In this document: positions 1-9,245 of the stretch, piece by piece
Layout of the letters: each line of letters opens with the position of its first letter
How positions within the stretch are numbered: position 1 is the stretch's first letter
Source: Chitinophagales bacterium
GTDB lineage: Bacteria; Bacteroidota; Bacteroidia; Chitinophagales; JADJOU01
Direction: 5' to 3'
Assembly: GCA_044368655.1 (NCBI GenBank)
Contig: JBIPPB010000001.1
Location: 11,317 to 75,316, forward strand
DNA: 64,000 bases
Program-made: the position numbers and the translations under genes
Notes under the pieces: model-generated
Told to the model about the DNA's origin: nothing
Database searches by the model: none
Seen by the model: the letters and a program-made list of their open reading frames with translations, nothing else

Positions 1-561
1 CGCCTGACCAAACCATGTTGTAAAAAATAGCACCGGAAAAACACCCACACCAAAGCCGAGCATCAAAAAAAGACTTTGATCTAATGAGGGATAGAGCAAA
101 CTGCTCGCCAAAGCGCTATAGGTAAGTCCGCAAGGAATCCATCCATTGATAAAACCCAGTCCTCCAATTTTGAGCAAAGATCGAGGTTGCTGCATCCAAT
201 AGGTATAGATATATGAAATTTGGCGGCTGATCCATTGCGACATTTTAAGCTGTGGCATCCATTGAAAAAGGGAAATAAATAATAAAAAAAACCCAAAAAA
301 CAACGAAAGAAAGCCAAAAAAATGGGTAATTACAAACGGTAATTTAATCATAAAAACCAAAATGGCGAGTGATAGATAGGCTACAATGCGCATAAAATGG
401 TACGAAAACACATAAATAGCCCGCCGCCAAGGGTCTAGTTTTCCTATGGGTAATGCCATTACTAAAGGCCCGCACATCCCCACACAGTGAAATGCACCAA
501 CGATGCCGATACTTAAGCCTAAAATAAAAGGGGAACTAAAATTTAAAAATGAAAAATTCAT
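1..561 (-). CDS. Partial (3' end runs off window) polytopic membrane protein, TauE/SafE- or DsbD_2-like
   Basis: Absent from the ORF track because it has no in-window stop. My translation from ATG at 561 is open for all 187 codons to position 1: MNFSFLNFSSPFILGLSIGIVGAFHCVGMCGPLVMALP...INGWIPCGLTYSALASS... The paired HCxGMCGP and PCGL motifs in hydrophobic helices are typical of this family. The track ORF 81..317 is in another frame of the same strand. Confidence 0.6.
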   Translation of the reverse strand, partial: MNFSFLNFSSPFILGLSIGIVGAFHCVGMCGPLVMALPIGKLDPWRRAIYVFSYHFMRIVAYLSLAILVFMIKLPFVITHFFGFLSLFFGFFLLFISLFQWMPQLKMSQWISRQISYIYTYWMQQPRSLLKIGGLGFINGWIPCGLTYSALASSLLYPSLDQSLFLMLGFGVGVFPVLFFTTWFGQA

Positions 562-571
562 CACAAAGTTG

Positions 572-892
572 TTATTGCTTAAATTGAATGACAATACACT
601 GGTCCAAACCATGATTTCTCAAATCCAATATAAGTCCATCGGCATTAGCAAATTTTTTTCTTGCACGTTTAATTAAATTCGTTCGAATTGTATGGTATTG
701 AGTTCCTGAAATAAAGCCTGCTTCAACAACGCCTAAAGTATCATAAGCCATAAGTGGCCTGCTATCTGTAAATATATAAAAACCATCAATTTTATTAACA
801 ACGGCGGATGCATTTTCTTTTTTAGCGTCTTCATTTTTAAATGAAAACATTGCTAAGGCTAATATAGAAATTAATACAACATTCTTTTTCAT
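572..892 (-). CDS. Hypothetical secreted protein
   Basis: 106-aa ORF with signal-like N-terminus MKKNVVLISILALAMFSF. No family recognised. Confidence 0.5.
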   Translation of the reverse strand: MKKNVVLISILALAMFSFKNEDAKKENASAVVNKIDGFYIFTDSRPLMAYDTLGVVEAGFISGTQYHTIRTNLIKRARKKFANADGLILDLRNHGLDQCIVIQFKQ

Positions 893-1134
893 TCTATTTT
901 TTAATTTTATAGTTAAAAATATGATATTACAAATATACTAAAAATTATTGGAATGCTATTAAATCCAATATTACGTATTAAATTATTACAAGGTAATAAA
1001 ATAAGGCGATAGTTGAGTTTAATCAATACTTCAAGAAAGTTGTTTTGCTTTAATCAAAAAGAGCTAACAAACGTTTTGAGCGATTTTTTTTGAGATTCAC
1101 CTTACTTTCCCCAATCTTTTGTCTCTTCCCACTG

Positions 1135-1286
1135 CGTCATCCTCGAAAATTTTTTCGCAACTAAATATTATTTTGAAAGCAACTCTTTAAAGAAAAAATT
1201 TATCGGGGATCTATATAAGCAATTTGAGATTCCGCATATTTTTTTTACAAGGTTATTATTTAAACAAAAAAAATTGTGGAATGACG
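1135..1286. repeat. Palindromic mosaic intergenic repeat, copy A (module order M1-M2)
   Basis: cgtcatcctcgaaaatttt...aaaatttatcggggatct (1135..1212), then agattccgcatattttt...ggaatgacg (1227..1286). Both modules recur at 16159..16319 in the opposite order. The module ends are reverse complements of each other. Confidence 0.65.
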
Positions 1287-1357
1287 GGGTGCGTGTGAAA
1301 TTTTTACCTCATTTTTCAAAGTGACGACAATTCCTTTAAATTTGATATAAATTTTTC

Positions 1358-1365
1358 TATTTTTG
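1358..1365 (+). promoter_or_regulatory. Candidate Bacteroidetes -7 promoter box (TATTTTTG) for mscL
   Basis: Matches the TAnnTTTG consensus, 17 nt upstream of the mscL ATG. Confidence 0.45.
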
Positions 1366-1382
1366 TACAAAATAAAAAAAGT

Positions 1383-1754
1383 ATGTTTAAAGAATTTAAA
1401 GAATTTGCCTTTCGTGGCAATGTCATCGATTTAGCAATAGCTACAATCATGGGAGCCACATTTAACACTATTGTATCTTCATTAGTAGATAACGTGTTTA
1501 TGCCTATCATCGGCATTATGATGGGAGGTATTAGTTTCGAACATTTGATTTTGAAAATAGGCGCAGCCGAAATTAAATATGGCTTGACATTGGGAGCCGG
1601 TTTGAAATTTATTTTAGTTGCAATGTTCTTATTTATGGTCATTCGTATGATCAATAAGTTTAACGCTAAAAAAGTAGAAGCACCCGCAGCGCCTCCAGCG
1701 CCTACTAAATCAGAGGAACTTTTAGAGGAAATTTTAAAAGCATTAAAAAAATAA
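1383..1754 (+). CDS. mscL: Large-conductance mechanosensitive channel
   Basis: 123 aa. N-terminus MFKEFKEFAFRGNVIDLAIATIMGATFNTIVSSLVDNVFMPIIG is the canonical MscL signature. Confidence 0.95.
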   Translation: MFKEFKEFAFRGNVIDLAIATIMGATFNTIVSSLVDNVFMPIIGIMMGGISFEHLILKIGAAEIKYGLTLGAGLKFILVAMFLFMVIRMINKFNAKKVEAPAAPPAPTKSEELLEEILKALKK

Positions 1755-1760
1755 TCTTTT

Positions 1761-2987
1761 TTGAAAACCCTTGGAATTATTGGCGCAGGAGCTTCGGGGC
1801 TCTTTTTGGCAGCTAATATCGAACGCAACCCGAATTTAAAAATTTTGGTTTTTGAAAAAACGCACGAAGCGCTCAAAAAGGTCCTGATTAGTGGGGGTGG
1901 ACGATGTAATGTAACCCATCAATATCTGCAACCCTCAAAATTTCCAACGAACTATCCGCGTGGCGAAAAATGGATGCAAAAGCATCTGAAACAGTTTTCG
2001 CCTTTGGATACTCAAAAATGGTTTGAACAAAAAGGCGTTGCTCTTAAAACCGAACGCGACGGCAGAATGTTTCCCGAAACCAATACCTCTTCTACAATTG
2101 CAAATGCCATACATTCGGAAGCCCTCCAAAAAGGTGCTGAAATTTTATATCAAACCGAAATTGTAAGTATTCAAATAGTTGATAATCAGTTTGAGTTAAC
2201 GACGAACCATCAACAAAAATATATTGTTGATTTTTTGGTCGGCGCTACGGGCGGCCCACAAAAAAAACAGTCTTTATCGCTTTGGAATCAATTACAAATC
2301 AAGAATGTAGATCCAGTCCCTTCTTTATTTACATTTAAAACAACCGATAAAAAGGTTACGGAATTCATGGGTCTTTCGGTGCCAGATGCCAAAATTAAAA
2401 TCGAAAAAACCAAACTGGAATACCACGGTCCTTTATTGATTACACATTGGGGATTTAGTGGCCCTGCAGTATTAAAATTAAGCGCATTTGGAGCGAGTTA
2501 TTTGGCGGAAAATGAATACCATTTTAACGTCCAAATTCAATGGGATCAAGCATTGAATGAAAATGCAGCAAAAGAATGGCTCGAAATGGACTTGAATATC
2601 AAAAGTAAATCGCTTTTGGTTAATAAAAATCCAAATCCGATTCCCAAACGCCTTTGGCAATTTTTAATCGAAAAAAGTGAAATTTCGCTGGATAAACGCA
2701 TTTGTGATTTATCCAAAAAAGATTGCCATCGATTGATTGAACAATTGATTCATTCTAAATTTGAGATTAAAGGCAAAACCACATATAAAGAAGAATTTGT
2801 AACGGCTGGAGGTATTGACCTTGAAGCGTTAAACAACAATAATTTTGAATGCAACACCATAAAAAATTTATTTTTTATAGGCGAACTTCTAAATATTGAT
2901 GGTGTTACGGGCGGATTTAACTTTCAGAATGCTTGGACAAGCGCTTGGATTGTAGCGCAAGAAATTAATCATAGAATTAAAGCATAA
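1761..2987 (+). CDS. HI0933/BaiN-family NAD(P)/FAD-dependent oxidoreductase
   Basis: 408 aa. Has GxGxxG (IIGAGASG) and the SGGGRCNVTH motif typical of this flavoprotein family. TTG start as in the ORF track. Confidence 0.85.
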   Translation: MKTLGIIGAGASGLFLAANIERNPNLKILVFEKTHEALKKVLISGGGRCNVTHQYLQPSKFPTNYPRGEKWMQKHLKQFSPLDTQKWFEQKGVALKTERDGRMFPETNTSSTIANAIHSEALQKGAEILYQTEIVSIQIVDNQFELTTNHQQKYIVDFLVGATGGPQKKQSLSLWNQLQIKNVDPVPSLFTFKTTDKKVTEFMGLSVPDAKIKIEKTKLEYHGPLLITHWGFSGPAVLKLSAFGASYLAENEYHFNVQIQWDQALNENAAKEWLEMDLNIKSKSLLVNKNPNPIPKRLWQFLIEKSEISLDKRICDLSKKDCHRLIEQLIHSKFEIKGKTTYKEEFVTAGGIDLEALNNNNFECNTIKNLFFIGELLNIDGVTGGFNFQNAWTSAWIVAQEINHRIKA

Positions 2988-2991
2988 TAAA

Positions 2992-3609
2992 ATGAAAAAA
3001 AATAATCAACAAGAATTAGCACATCCTTGGCATGGCGTATCAATTGGTGAAAATGCACCTCATGAAGTGTATGCATTTATTGAAATAACGCCATCAGATA
3101 CCATCAAATACGAAATTGAAAAAGAAAGTGGATTGATGATGATTGATCGACCACAAAAATATTCGAATGTGGTTCCTGCTTTATATGGTTTTGTTCCCAG
3201 AACCTATTGTGGCGACAAAATTGCGCAGTATGGAAAAGAACATGGCATGCAAGTAGAAAAAGGCGATGGCGATCCATTGGATATATTAGTATTATCGTCG
3301 CATCCGATTTCAAAAAATGGCATCTTGGTCAAAGCAATTCCGATTGGCGGCATCGCTCTAGAAGACGGTTTGGAAGCCGATGATAAAATTATTGCGGTTT
3401 TAAAAGAGGACCCCATTTACAGCAATTATAAAAATATAGAAGATTTGCCAAAAGCCATCCTCGAAAAAATCAAACATTATTTCTTGACCTATAAAAACTT
3501 GCCCGAAGAAACTTCAGTTTGTAAAATTTCAAGGGTTTATGGCTCCGAAACTGCCAAAATCGTTATTGAGAAAGCATCCCAAGATTACCAAACGTTGATT
3601 TCAAATTAA
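2992..3609 (+). CDS. ppa: Inorganic pyrophosphatase (family I)
   Basis: 205 aa. Motifs KYEIEKESG and GDGDPLDILVL. Confidence 0.9.
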   Translation: MKKNNQQELAHPWHGVSIGENAPHEVYAFIEITPSDTIKYEIEKESGLMMIDRPQKYSNVVPALYGFVPRTYCGDKIAQYGKEHGMQVEKGDGDPLDILVLSSHPISKNGILVKAIPIGGIALEDGLEADDKIIAVLKEDPIYSNYKNIEDLPKAILEKIKHYFLTYKNLPEETSVCKISRVYGSETAKIVIEKASQDYQTLISN

Positions 3610-3709
3610 TTTTTATTTATTATCAATTGATAAATAAGTCATTAAGGATTTTTTTTAATAAAAAGTTAGCATTTTGTTAAAAAAAAAGCATCGAAAAAAT
3701 TAAAATGTA

Positions 3710-3717
3710 TACTTTTG
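3710..3717 (+). promoter_or_regulatory. Candidate -7 promoter box (TACTTTTG) for tRNA-Ser
   Basis: TAnnTTTG match ending 4 nt before the tRNA 5' end. Confidence 0.4.
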
Positions 3718-3721
3718 CACC

Positions 3722-3806
3722 GGAGGAATGCCAGAGCGGTTTAATGGAGCAGTCTTGAAAACTGTCGTAGGTAACACTACCGGGGGTTCGAATCCCTCTT
3801 CCTCCG
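3722..3806 (+). tRNA. tRNA-Ser (anticodon UGA), class II with long variable arm
   Basis: Acceptor GGAGGAA pairs with TTCCTCC. Anticodon stem GCAGT/ACTGT with loop CTTGAAA gives anticodon TGA. Variable arm GTAG..CTAC, T-loop GGTTCGAATCC, discriminator G. CCA is not cleanly encoded (followed by CCCA). Confidence 0.9.
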
Positions 3807-3814
3807 CCCAAATC

Positions 3815-3850
3815 AAAAAGCCTTTTTGAGTGAATCAAAAAGGCTTTTTT
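3815..3850 (+). terminator. Rho-independent terminator after tRNA-Ser
   Basis: Perfect 15-bp stem aaaaagcctttttga / tcaaaaaggcttttt with loop gtgaa, ending in a T-run. Confidence 0.75.
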
Positions 3851-3903
3851 GTTTCTTTAGGCACAACACCTAATTATTTATAAAAGATTAAAAAATAAAA
3901 TCA

Positions 3904-3911
3904 TATCTTTG
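3904..3911 (+). promoter_or_regulatory. Candidate -7 promoter box (TATCTTTG) for rpmH-rnpA-yidD
   Basis: TAnnTTTG match 44 nt upstream of the rpmH ATG. Confidence 0.4.
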
Positions 3912-3955
3912 CACACTTTTTTAAAAACAAGAATAAAATATAAAATTTTAATATA

Positions 3956-4111
3956 ATGAAAAGAACGTTTCAGCCTTCGAGAAGAAAAAGAGCCAACAAA
4001 CACGGATTTAGAAAAAGAAATAGCTCTTCGAGTGGATATAAAGTGCTACAAGCGCGTCGTAAAAAAGGTAGAAAAAAATTAACGATCAGCGACGAGAAAA
4101 GATTGAAATAG
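3956..4111 (+). CDS. rpmH: 50S ribosomal protein L34
   Basis: Not in the ORF track (51 aa). My translation is [51 protein letters not shown], with the canonical L34 N-terminus [14 protein letters not shown]. Sits in the conserved position upstream of rnpA. Confidence 0.92.
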   Translation: MKRTFQPSRRKRANKHGFRKRNSSSSGYKVLQARRKKGRKKLTISDEKRLK

Positions 4112-4149
4112 TCTAATGTACTATTCCGTTATTTCTAATCATAATTATT

Positions 4150-4551
4150 TTGAATACCCAAAATACGCTTACTGTTTTTGAACGCATCAAAAGTAAGAAG
4201 TATTTTGAACTGTTATTTTCGAAAGAAGCCAAAGTTATTCATGAAAAAAATATATTAGCCAAATGGGCAATCATTCCTAAAGATGATGCTTGTTTGGCTA
4301 AAGTTGCTTTTGTAGTACCCAAAAGAATTTGTAAAAAAGCCACAGAACGAAACTACTTCAAAAGAATCCTTAAAGAATCTTACCGCACATCAAAACATAA
4401 TTTAATTGAAGCCACAGCCGAGTCCAATCACACAATTCTAATTTTGTTTTTATATAAAAATATCCTTGATTCCAAGAAAGAAGCCTTTCAGATCATGGAT
4501 GTACAGGTTAAAAGTATTCTGCAAAAAATCGAAAAAAAGCAACTAAAATAA
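4150..4551 (+). CDS. rnpA: Ribonuclease P protein component
   Basis: 133-aa basic protein immediately after rpmH. RnpA-type motif [28 protein letters not shown] start; no upstream ATG in frame. Confidence 0.8.
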   Translation: MNTQNTLTVFERIKSKKYFELLFSKEAKVIHEKNILAKWAIIPKDDACLAKVAFVVPKRICKKATERNYFKRILKESYRTSKHNLIEATAESNHTILILFLYKNILDSKKEAFQIMDVQVKSILQKIEKKQLK

Positions 4552-4553
4552 CT

Positions 4554-4784
4554 ATGAAAATCAGACCAATTTTAGCTTTGCCTTTTATTTTTTTGATTCG
4601 GATTTACCAAAAAGTGATTTCGCCAAGCTTACCTCCAAGTTGCCGATATACGCCTACTTGTTCGCAATATGCCTTAGAGGCTCTTCAAAAACATAATATT
4701 TTATATGCGTTTTATCTAATTATAAAACGGATTTTAAGCTGTCATCCATGGGGCGGACAAGGCTACGATCCGGTTCCAGAATAA
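4554..4784 (+). CDS. yidD: Membrane protein insertion efficiency factor YidD
   Basis: 76 aa. Motifs [22 protein letters not shown] and [12 protein letters not shown]. Starts 2 nt after the rnpA stop. Confidence 0.9.
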   Translation: MKIRPILALPFIFLIRIYQKVISPSLPPSCRYTPTCSQYALEALQKHNILYAFYLIIKRILSCHPWGGQGYDPVPE

Positions 4785-4788
4785 TGGA

Positions 4789-5619
4789 TTATTTTAACGT
4801 AAATACATACGATTTTCCATTTATAAGAAACGTTGCTTGATTGTCACAATTATTGCTACTTAAAGGATTGCCATAATCAACCGAATAGGACAAATTACTT
4901 CGATTCATGGTAATAATACCCTCTTGAATAAATCGACAACCAATACGGATTAATAGGTTTTTGTTTATAACTAAATTATAAGCAATTCCATTTCCCGAAA
5001 TGCCAGATGCGTTTCCAGAGATTTCATAAACATCGTCTAACCAATTCAACGGGGTGTTAAATCCTTGTACCATTACTCGATCTCGATCTGACTTCCACGT
5101 AATCACTTTTCCATTTGATTTTGTAAGGGTTAAATCCGATTGAATTTTCCAATTGGGCTGATTGAGGCTATTTATTCCATTATAAGTTATCTTGCGGTTT
5201 GACGAATTGCTAATTGCTAAATTATCAACTTTATAATTATCAAAAGTTTGAGTTACACTTGAGTTAACTTTGCGGTATCCATTTGAAAATTTAAAAGTAA
5301 TCTTTCCACTGCGAGTGCGACCGTCTTTACATAAAATGCCATTAGTTCCAAAGTCAACAGTTATTGTGCTATCTGCTAAATTCTTTATTAATTTTACGGT
5401 ATCCGCCAATACTGAACGAACCCCTTGACCTTCTCGAACCAAAATCGTCGTTGTTAAATAGTATGCATCATCCGTAATTTTTGAAGCATCGTCATTAATT
5501 TGTTCAAAATATGAGTTGTCTTCTAAAATTTCCTGATCTTCGTTAGAAAAAGTTTCTTTTTTCTTACAAGATTCAAAAAAGATAAAAAGTGCAATTATTA
5601 ATATTATTTCTTTTTTCAT
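4789..5619 (-). CDS. Hypothetical lipoprotein
   Basis: 276 aa. Signal ends in the lipobox-like FFESC. No family recognised. Confidence 0.6.
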   Translation of the reverse strand: MKKEIILIIALFIFFESCKKKETFSNEDQEILEDNSYFEQINDDASKITDDAYYLTTTILVREGQGVRSVLADTVKLIKNLADSTITVDFGTNGILCKDGRTRSGKITFKFSNGYRKVNSSVTQTFDNYKVDNLAISNSSNRKITYNGINSLNQPNWKIQSDLTLTKSNGKVITWKSDRDRVMVQGFNTPLNWLDDVYEISGNASGISGNGIAYNLVINKNLLIRIGCRFIQEGIITMNRSNLSYSVDYGNPLSSNNCDNQATFLINGKSYVFTLK

Positions 5620-5788
5620 AAGGTTTTAATTTTTTAATTATGACAAAAATAATATATATTGGTTTAAATTCTAATAATATTGTATTACTAATTAACAATT
5701 AATAAATATGTTTTCAATTTCCTAACCGAAAGTTTATTCAATCATAATAAATAAAGTGGATGAAAACCTTGAATTTTGCAAAAAAAAC

Positions 5789-6646
5789 ATGATTCGAGTT
5801 TTAATCCTTTTTTTATGTGCAGTTTCATTCACTTGTTATAGTAACGACGGGGTTTTTAAAATCGTAAGCTATAATGTAAAAATGCTGCCAAAAGTGTGTA
5901 ACACTTTATCCGAAAAAAATCAGATTTCGCAACAAAATCGATTAAACTATTTAATTGAATTTTTAAAAAATGAATCTTTTGATGTGATTAATTTGCAAGA
6001 AGTCTTTAACCCTAAAGCCGTAGCACAGATAAAAGAAGCGCTCATGGATCAATATCCTTATTGTATCAAACCCTCTAAAAAAGGCATTGGATTTAGCAAT
6101 GGGCTCATGGTTTTATCAAAGTTTCCGATAGAAAATACAAAAACTATATTTTTTCAAAAGCTTAAGTTTTTTGATTTTTTTGCTTCTAAAGGCGCCATAT
6201 CTTATCATGTCCAAATTGAAGATCAAATGGTAGGAATTATAAATACCCACTTACAATCGGACTATATTCCTTTAACCGCATCAAATACCCGAATTAATCA
6301 GCTAAAAGATATTCATCTATTGATGTCATCCAGCAAATCGACTTCGTCTTTTATTTTAGCCGGAGATTTTAATTTTCAAAAACAATCCAAAGAGTATCAA
6401 TATCTATCAAAATTATCATTTTTCGACCCCATTCCTTCTAAAGTTTTTAAAACATTTTGTGGAATGAAAGAAAACAACGACTTGAATGCGATTCAATTGG
6501 ATTACTTTTTTACGAATCAAACATTTATTGCAAATTTTGATACTTGGATTAAAATATTGGAGGGTAAAAAAAATGAAATGCATATTTCAGACCACCGTCC
6601 ATTGGTTTTAGAATGTAGTCCGACTAAACTACTTAGCGAATTTTAA
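5789..6646 (+). CDS. Endonuclease/exonuclease/phosphatase (EEP) family protein, sphingomyelinase-like
   Basis: EEP motifs NLQEV, GDFNF and SDHRP. The track ORF starts at GTG 5756; the first ATG (MIRVLILFLCAVSF, signal-like) is at 5789. Confidence 0.75.
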   Translation: MIRVLILFLCAVSFTCYSNDGVFKIVSYNVKMLPKVCNTLSEKNQISQQNRLNYLIEFLKNESFDVINLQEVFNPKAVAQIKEALMDQYPYCIKPSKKGIGFSNGLMVLSKFPIENTKTIFFQKLKFFDFFASKGAISYHVQIEDQMVGIINTHLQSDYIPLTASNTRINQLKDIHLLMSSSKSTSSFILAGDFNFQKQSKEYQYLSKLSFFDPIPSKVFKTFCGMKENNDLNAIQLDYFFTNQTFIANFDTWIKILEGKKNEMHISDHRPLVLECSPTKLLSEF

Positions 6647-6656
6647 ATATTATTAT

Positions 6657-6664
6657 TATTTTTG
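6657..6664 (+). promoter_or_regulatory. Candidate -7 promoter box (TATTTTTG)
   Basis: TAnnTTTG match 21 nt upstream of the ATG at 6686. Confidence 0.45.
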
Positions 6665-6685
6665 TAAACTTTAAATCAACACAAC

Positions 6686-7561
6686 ATGAAAGAAATTGTT
6701 CTAAGAGATGGAAAAAAAGTAGGAGGACACAATCCCGTTTTTATTATTGCCGAAATTGGATTAAACCATAACGGTGACATCGAAATTGCGAAAGAGCTTA
6801 TTCGAAGAGCCAAAGAATGTGGATGCGATGCGGTAAAATTCCAAAAAAGAACTCCAGAAGTTTGTACTCCTCGAGATCAATGGGATATTGAAAGAGAAAC
6901 GCCTTGGGGAAGAATGAAATATATTGATTATCGTTATAAAGTAGAATTTGGCGAAGCCGAATACAAAGCGATTGATACCTTATGTAGAGAAATCGGAATG
7001 GTTTGGTTTGCGAGCTGCTGGGACGAAGAATCGGTAGATTTTTTAGAGCAGTTTGATCCCATGATGTATAAAGCAGCTTCGGCTTCATTAACGGATATTG
7101 GACTTTTAAAGAAGAAAAAAGATACCGGTAAGCCATTGATTATTTCAACAGGGATGAGTTCGATGGATGAAATTCATACGGCGGTTCAAGCTATTGGATT
7201 AGATAATTTGTTAATCGCGCATGCAACATCTACATATCCTTGCAAACCCGAAGAATTAAATTTAAATATGATTCATACGCTTTCCAATTTATTCCCAGAT
7301 AATATTATCGGTTATTCAGGACATGAAACTGGATTAAGCACCACTTTAGCCACCGTACCTATGGGTGCAAAATTTATTGAGCGTCACTTTACGTTAGATC
7401 GTTCGATGTGGGGAAGCGACCAAGCGGCATCGGTTGAGCCAGGAGGCATGTCGAAATTAGTGCGCGACATCCGTGATATTGAAGCCGCTATGGGCGATGG
7501 AATCAAAAAGGTTTACGAAAGCGAATTAGGCCCTAAAGCCAAATTAAGAAGAGTACAATAA
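6686..7561 (+). CDS. NeuB/SpsE-family (sialic/nonulosonic acid synthase-like) protein
   Basis: 291 aa. N-terminal signature FIIAEIGLNHNGDIEIAKELIRRAKECGCDAVKFQ. Too short to carry a C-terminal SAF domain, and no other nonulosonate genes lie nearby. Confidence 0.8.
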   Translation: MKEIVLRDGKKVGGHNPVFIIAEIGLNHNGDIEIAKELIRRAKECGCDAVKFQKRTPEVCTPRDQWDIERETPWGRMKYIDYRYKVEFGEAEYKAIDTLCREIGMVWFASCWDEESVDFLEQFDPMMYKAASASLTDIGLLKKKKDTGKPLIISTGMSSMDEIHTAVQAIGLDNLLIAHATSTYPCKPEELNLNMIHTLSNLFPDNIIGYSGHETGLSTTLATVPMGAKFIERHFTLDRSMWGSDQAASVEPGGMSKLVRDIRDIEAAMGDGIKKVYESELGPKAKLRRVQ

Positions 7562-7610
7562 TATTTATTAAAATACACTCTGAGTCTATTCATATCTTAA
7601 AGATACATAA

Positions 7611-7964
7611 ATGAAAAAAGATATTGAAACTCCTGAAAACTGTCTTCTTTTGGTTGAGGAATTTTATAAAAAATTGCTTGACCATGAAGAGATGCGTCCT
7701 TTTTTTATTCACTTAGATTTAAAGCCACACATTCAAGTTGTTGCTGATTTTTGGAGTACCATTTTGCTTGGAACGGCAATCTACAAGAATAATACCGTAG
7801 CGGCGCATAAAGATTTACCACTAGAAAAAGCGCATTTTGAGATATGGTTATCCTTATTTAATGAAACCGTAGAGTCGCTATTTGAAGGCGAAAAAGCCAA
7901 AGAAGCCATTTCAAGAGCGCGCACGATTGGTTTAACTATGCGGTATAAATTGCTTGGCAGCTAG
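7611..7964 (+). CDS. Group III truncated haemoglobin-like globin
   Basis: 117 aa. The pattern FYKKLL..EEMRPFF...FWSTILLG...Y.......H.DLPL....F..WLSLF resembles group III trHb. Confidence 0.6.
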   Translation: MKKDIETPENCLLLVEEFYKKLLDHEEMRPFFIHLDLKPHIQVVADFWSTILLGTAIYKNNTVAAHKDLPLEKAHFEIWLSLFNETVESLFEGEKAKEAISRARTIGLTMRYKLLGS

Positions 7965-8045
7965 AATTAAATTAGATATTAGATTTGAGACAAAAGACAA
8001 TAGATAATAGATAAGTGATTTGAAAAATGAGGGATTTGAAATTGA

Positions 8046-9125
8046 CTAATTTGAACTCACTTGCTTAATATTAAGAATAGAAATTTGTTGGGCTAAATTT
8101 TTAGCAATTTCTTCAAATCGTTCTTCTACCAATTCACTTTGATGATAAACGCCTTCGTCGAGGCTTTTTCTTAGATTTTCCACTAATGGAACTTCCCCTA
8201 AAAATGGAACTTCATATTCCGTTGCAAGCGCTTTGGCACCACCATTTCCAAAAATATAATATTTCTTTTCGGGCATATCCTCTGGCACAAAATACGCCAT
8301 ATTTTCAATCACTCCAGCAACAGGTATTTCTACACCTTGTACTCCGTACATTGCTAATGCTTTTCGAGCGTCGGCAATAGCAACCGCTTGTGGCGTGGAT
8401 ACAATTACCGCACAGGTTACTTTCATCGTTTGTGCGATGGTCAATTGTACATCACCCGTGCCTGGAGGCATATCGATGATTAAGTAATCCAAATCGCCCC
8501 AAATCACATCATTGATAAATTGTTTTAAAGCACTGGTTACCATTGGGCCTCTCCAAACAATAGCTTGACGCTCATCGACCAAAAAACCAATAGAAAGTAC
8601 TTTTAAAAAATCGTTATATTCGATAGGTAAAATATACATTTTTCCTTTGATATCTCGTACGGTTGGTTTTTTATTTTTTAAACCGAGCATTGTAGGAATC
8701 GATGGTCCATGAATATCGGCATCCATCAAACCAACTTTAGCGCCCATAGCACTTAAAGTTTTGGCAAGCTGTACCGAAACCGTAGATTTTCCTACACCGC
8801 CTTTACCACTCGAAACGCAGATAATATTTTTAACATTTGGCAATACATTAATACTGCTATTTCTTGAACTCGATACATCCGCAGTCATATTGATTTCAAT
8901 TTCGACGTCCTCTCCCAAATCATTTTTGATTTCTTTTACACAGTTATTGTGCATAATTTCTTTCATCGGGCACGCAGGGGTCGTCAATTTGACATCAAAA
9001 TATATTTTATTCCCCTCTATTTTTAGGTTTTGTATCATTTTTAACGATACCAAATCATTCTTTAAATCAGGCTCTTCAACTCTACTTAAAGCTTTTAAAA
9101 TATTTTCTTCGTTGATGTTTGACAT
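8046..9125 (-). CDS. apbC: Mrp/NBP35-family Fe-S cluster carrier ATPase
   Basis: N-terminal DUF59-like domain and deviant Walker A SSGKGGVGKST. I chose ATG 9125 (MSNINEENILKAL); the track ORF extends to 9161. Confidence 0.9.
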   Translation of the reverse strand: MSNINEENILKALSRVEEPDLKNDLVSLKMIQNLKIEGNKIYFDVKLTTPACPMKEIMHNNCVKEIKNDLGEDVEIEINMTADVSSSRNSSINVLPNVKNIICVSSGKGGVGKSTVSVQLAKTLSAMGAKVGLMDADIHGPSIPTMLGLKNKKPTVRDIKGKMYILPIEYNDFLKVLSIGFLVDERQAIVWRGPMVTSALKQFINDVIWGDLDYLIIDMPPGTGDVQLTIAQTMKVTCAVIVSTPQAVAIADARKALAMYGVQGVEIPVAGVIENMAYFVPEDMPEKKYYIFGNGGAKALATEYEVPFLGEVPLVENLRKSLDEGVYHQSELVEERFEEIAKNLAQQISILNIKQVSSN

Positions 9126-9210
9126 TTTAATATTTTTTGAATACGAAAATACTAACATCAATTTCTAATTTTTTGTTCTAAAATTCTCGTATTTTTTTTA
9201 TTGTTATTTG

Positions 9211-9218
9211 TATATTTG
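9211..9218 (+). promoter_or_regulatory. Candidate -7 promoter box (TATATTTG) for metK
   Basis: TAnnTTTG match 27 nt upstream of the metK ATG. Confidence 0.5.
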
Positions 9219-9245
9219 CATCTTTAAAAAATTAAAACTTACAAT

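Noticed and set aside
81-317. 78-aa minus-strand ORF from the track
   Set aside because: It lies in a different frame of the same strand as the much better-supported membrane-protein CDS (1..561, HCxGMCGP motif), and its sequence has no features of its own.
1316-1876. 186-aa minus-strand ORF
   Set aside because: It is antisense to mscL and to the start of the HI0933-family gene, both of which have unmistakable family signatures. It is a shadow ORF.
6798-7136. 112-aa minus-strand ORF
   Set aside because: It is antisense to the NeuB-family gene and shows no motif or signal.
7965-8045. Four spaced ATTTGA(A/G) motifs in the gap between the convergent globin and apbC genes
   Set aside because: The motif is short and AT-rich, the spacing is irregular, and there is no hairpin or wider repeat structure. 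This is compatible with chance in this base composition.
8761-9168. 135-aa plus-strand ORF
   Set aside because: It is antisense to the Mrp/ApbC gene and is a shadow ORF.
9162-9245. Possible SAM riboswitch upstream of metK
   Set aside because: The leader is only 84 nt, extremely AT-rich, and lacks any conserved SAM-riboswitch helices. Only a promoter box is evident.
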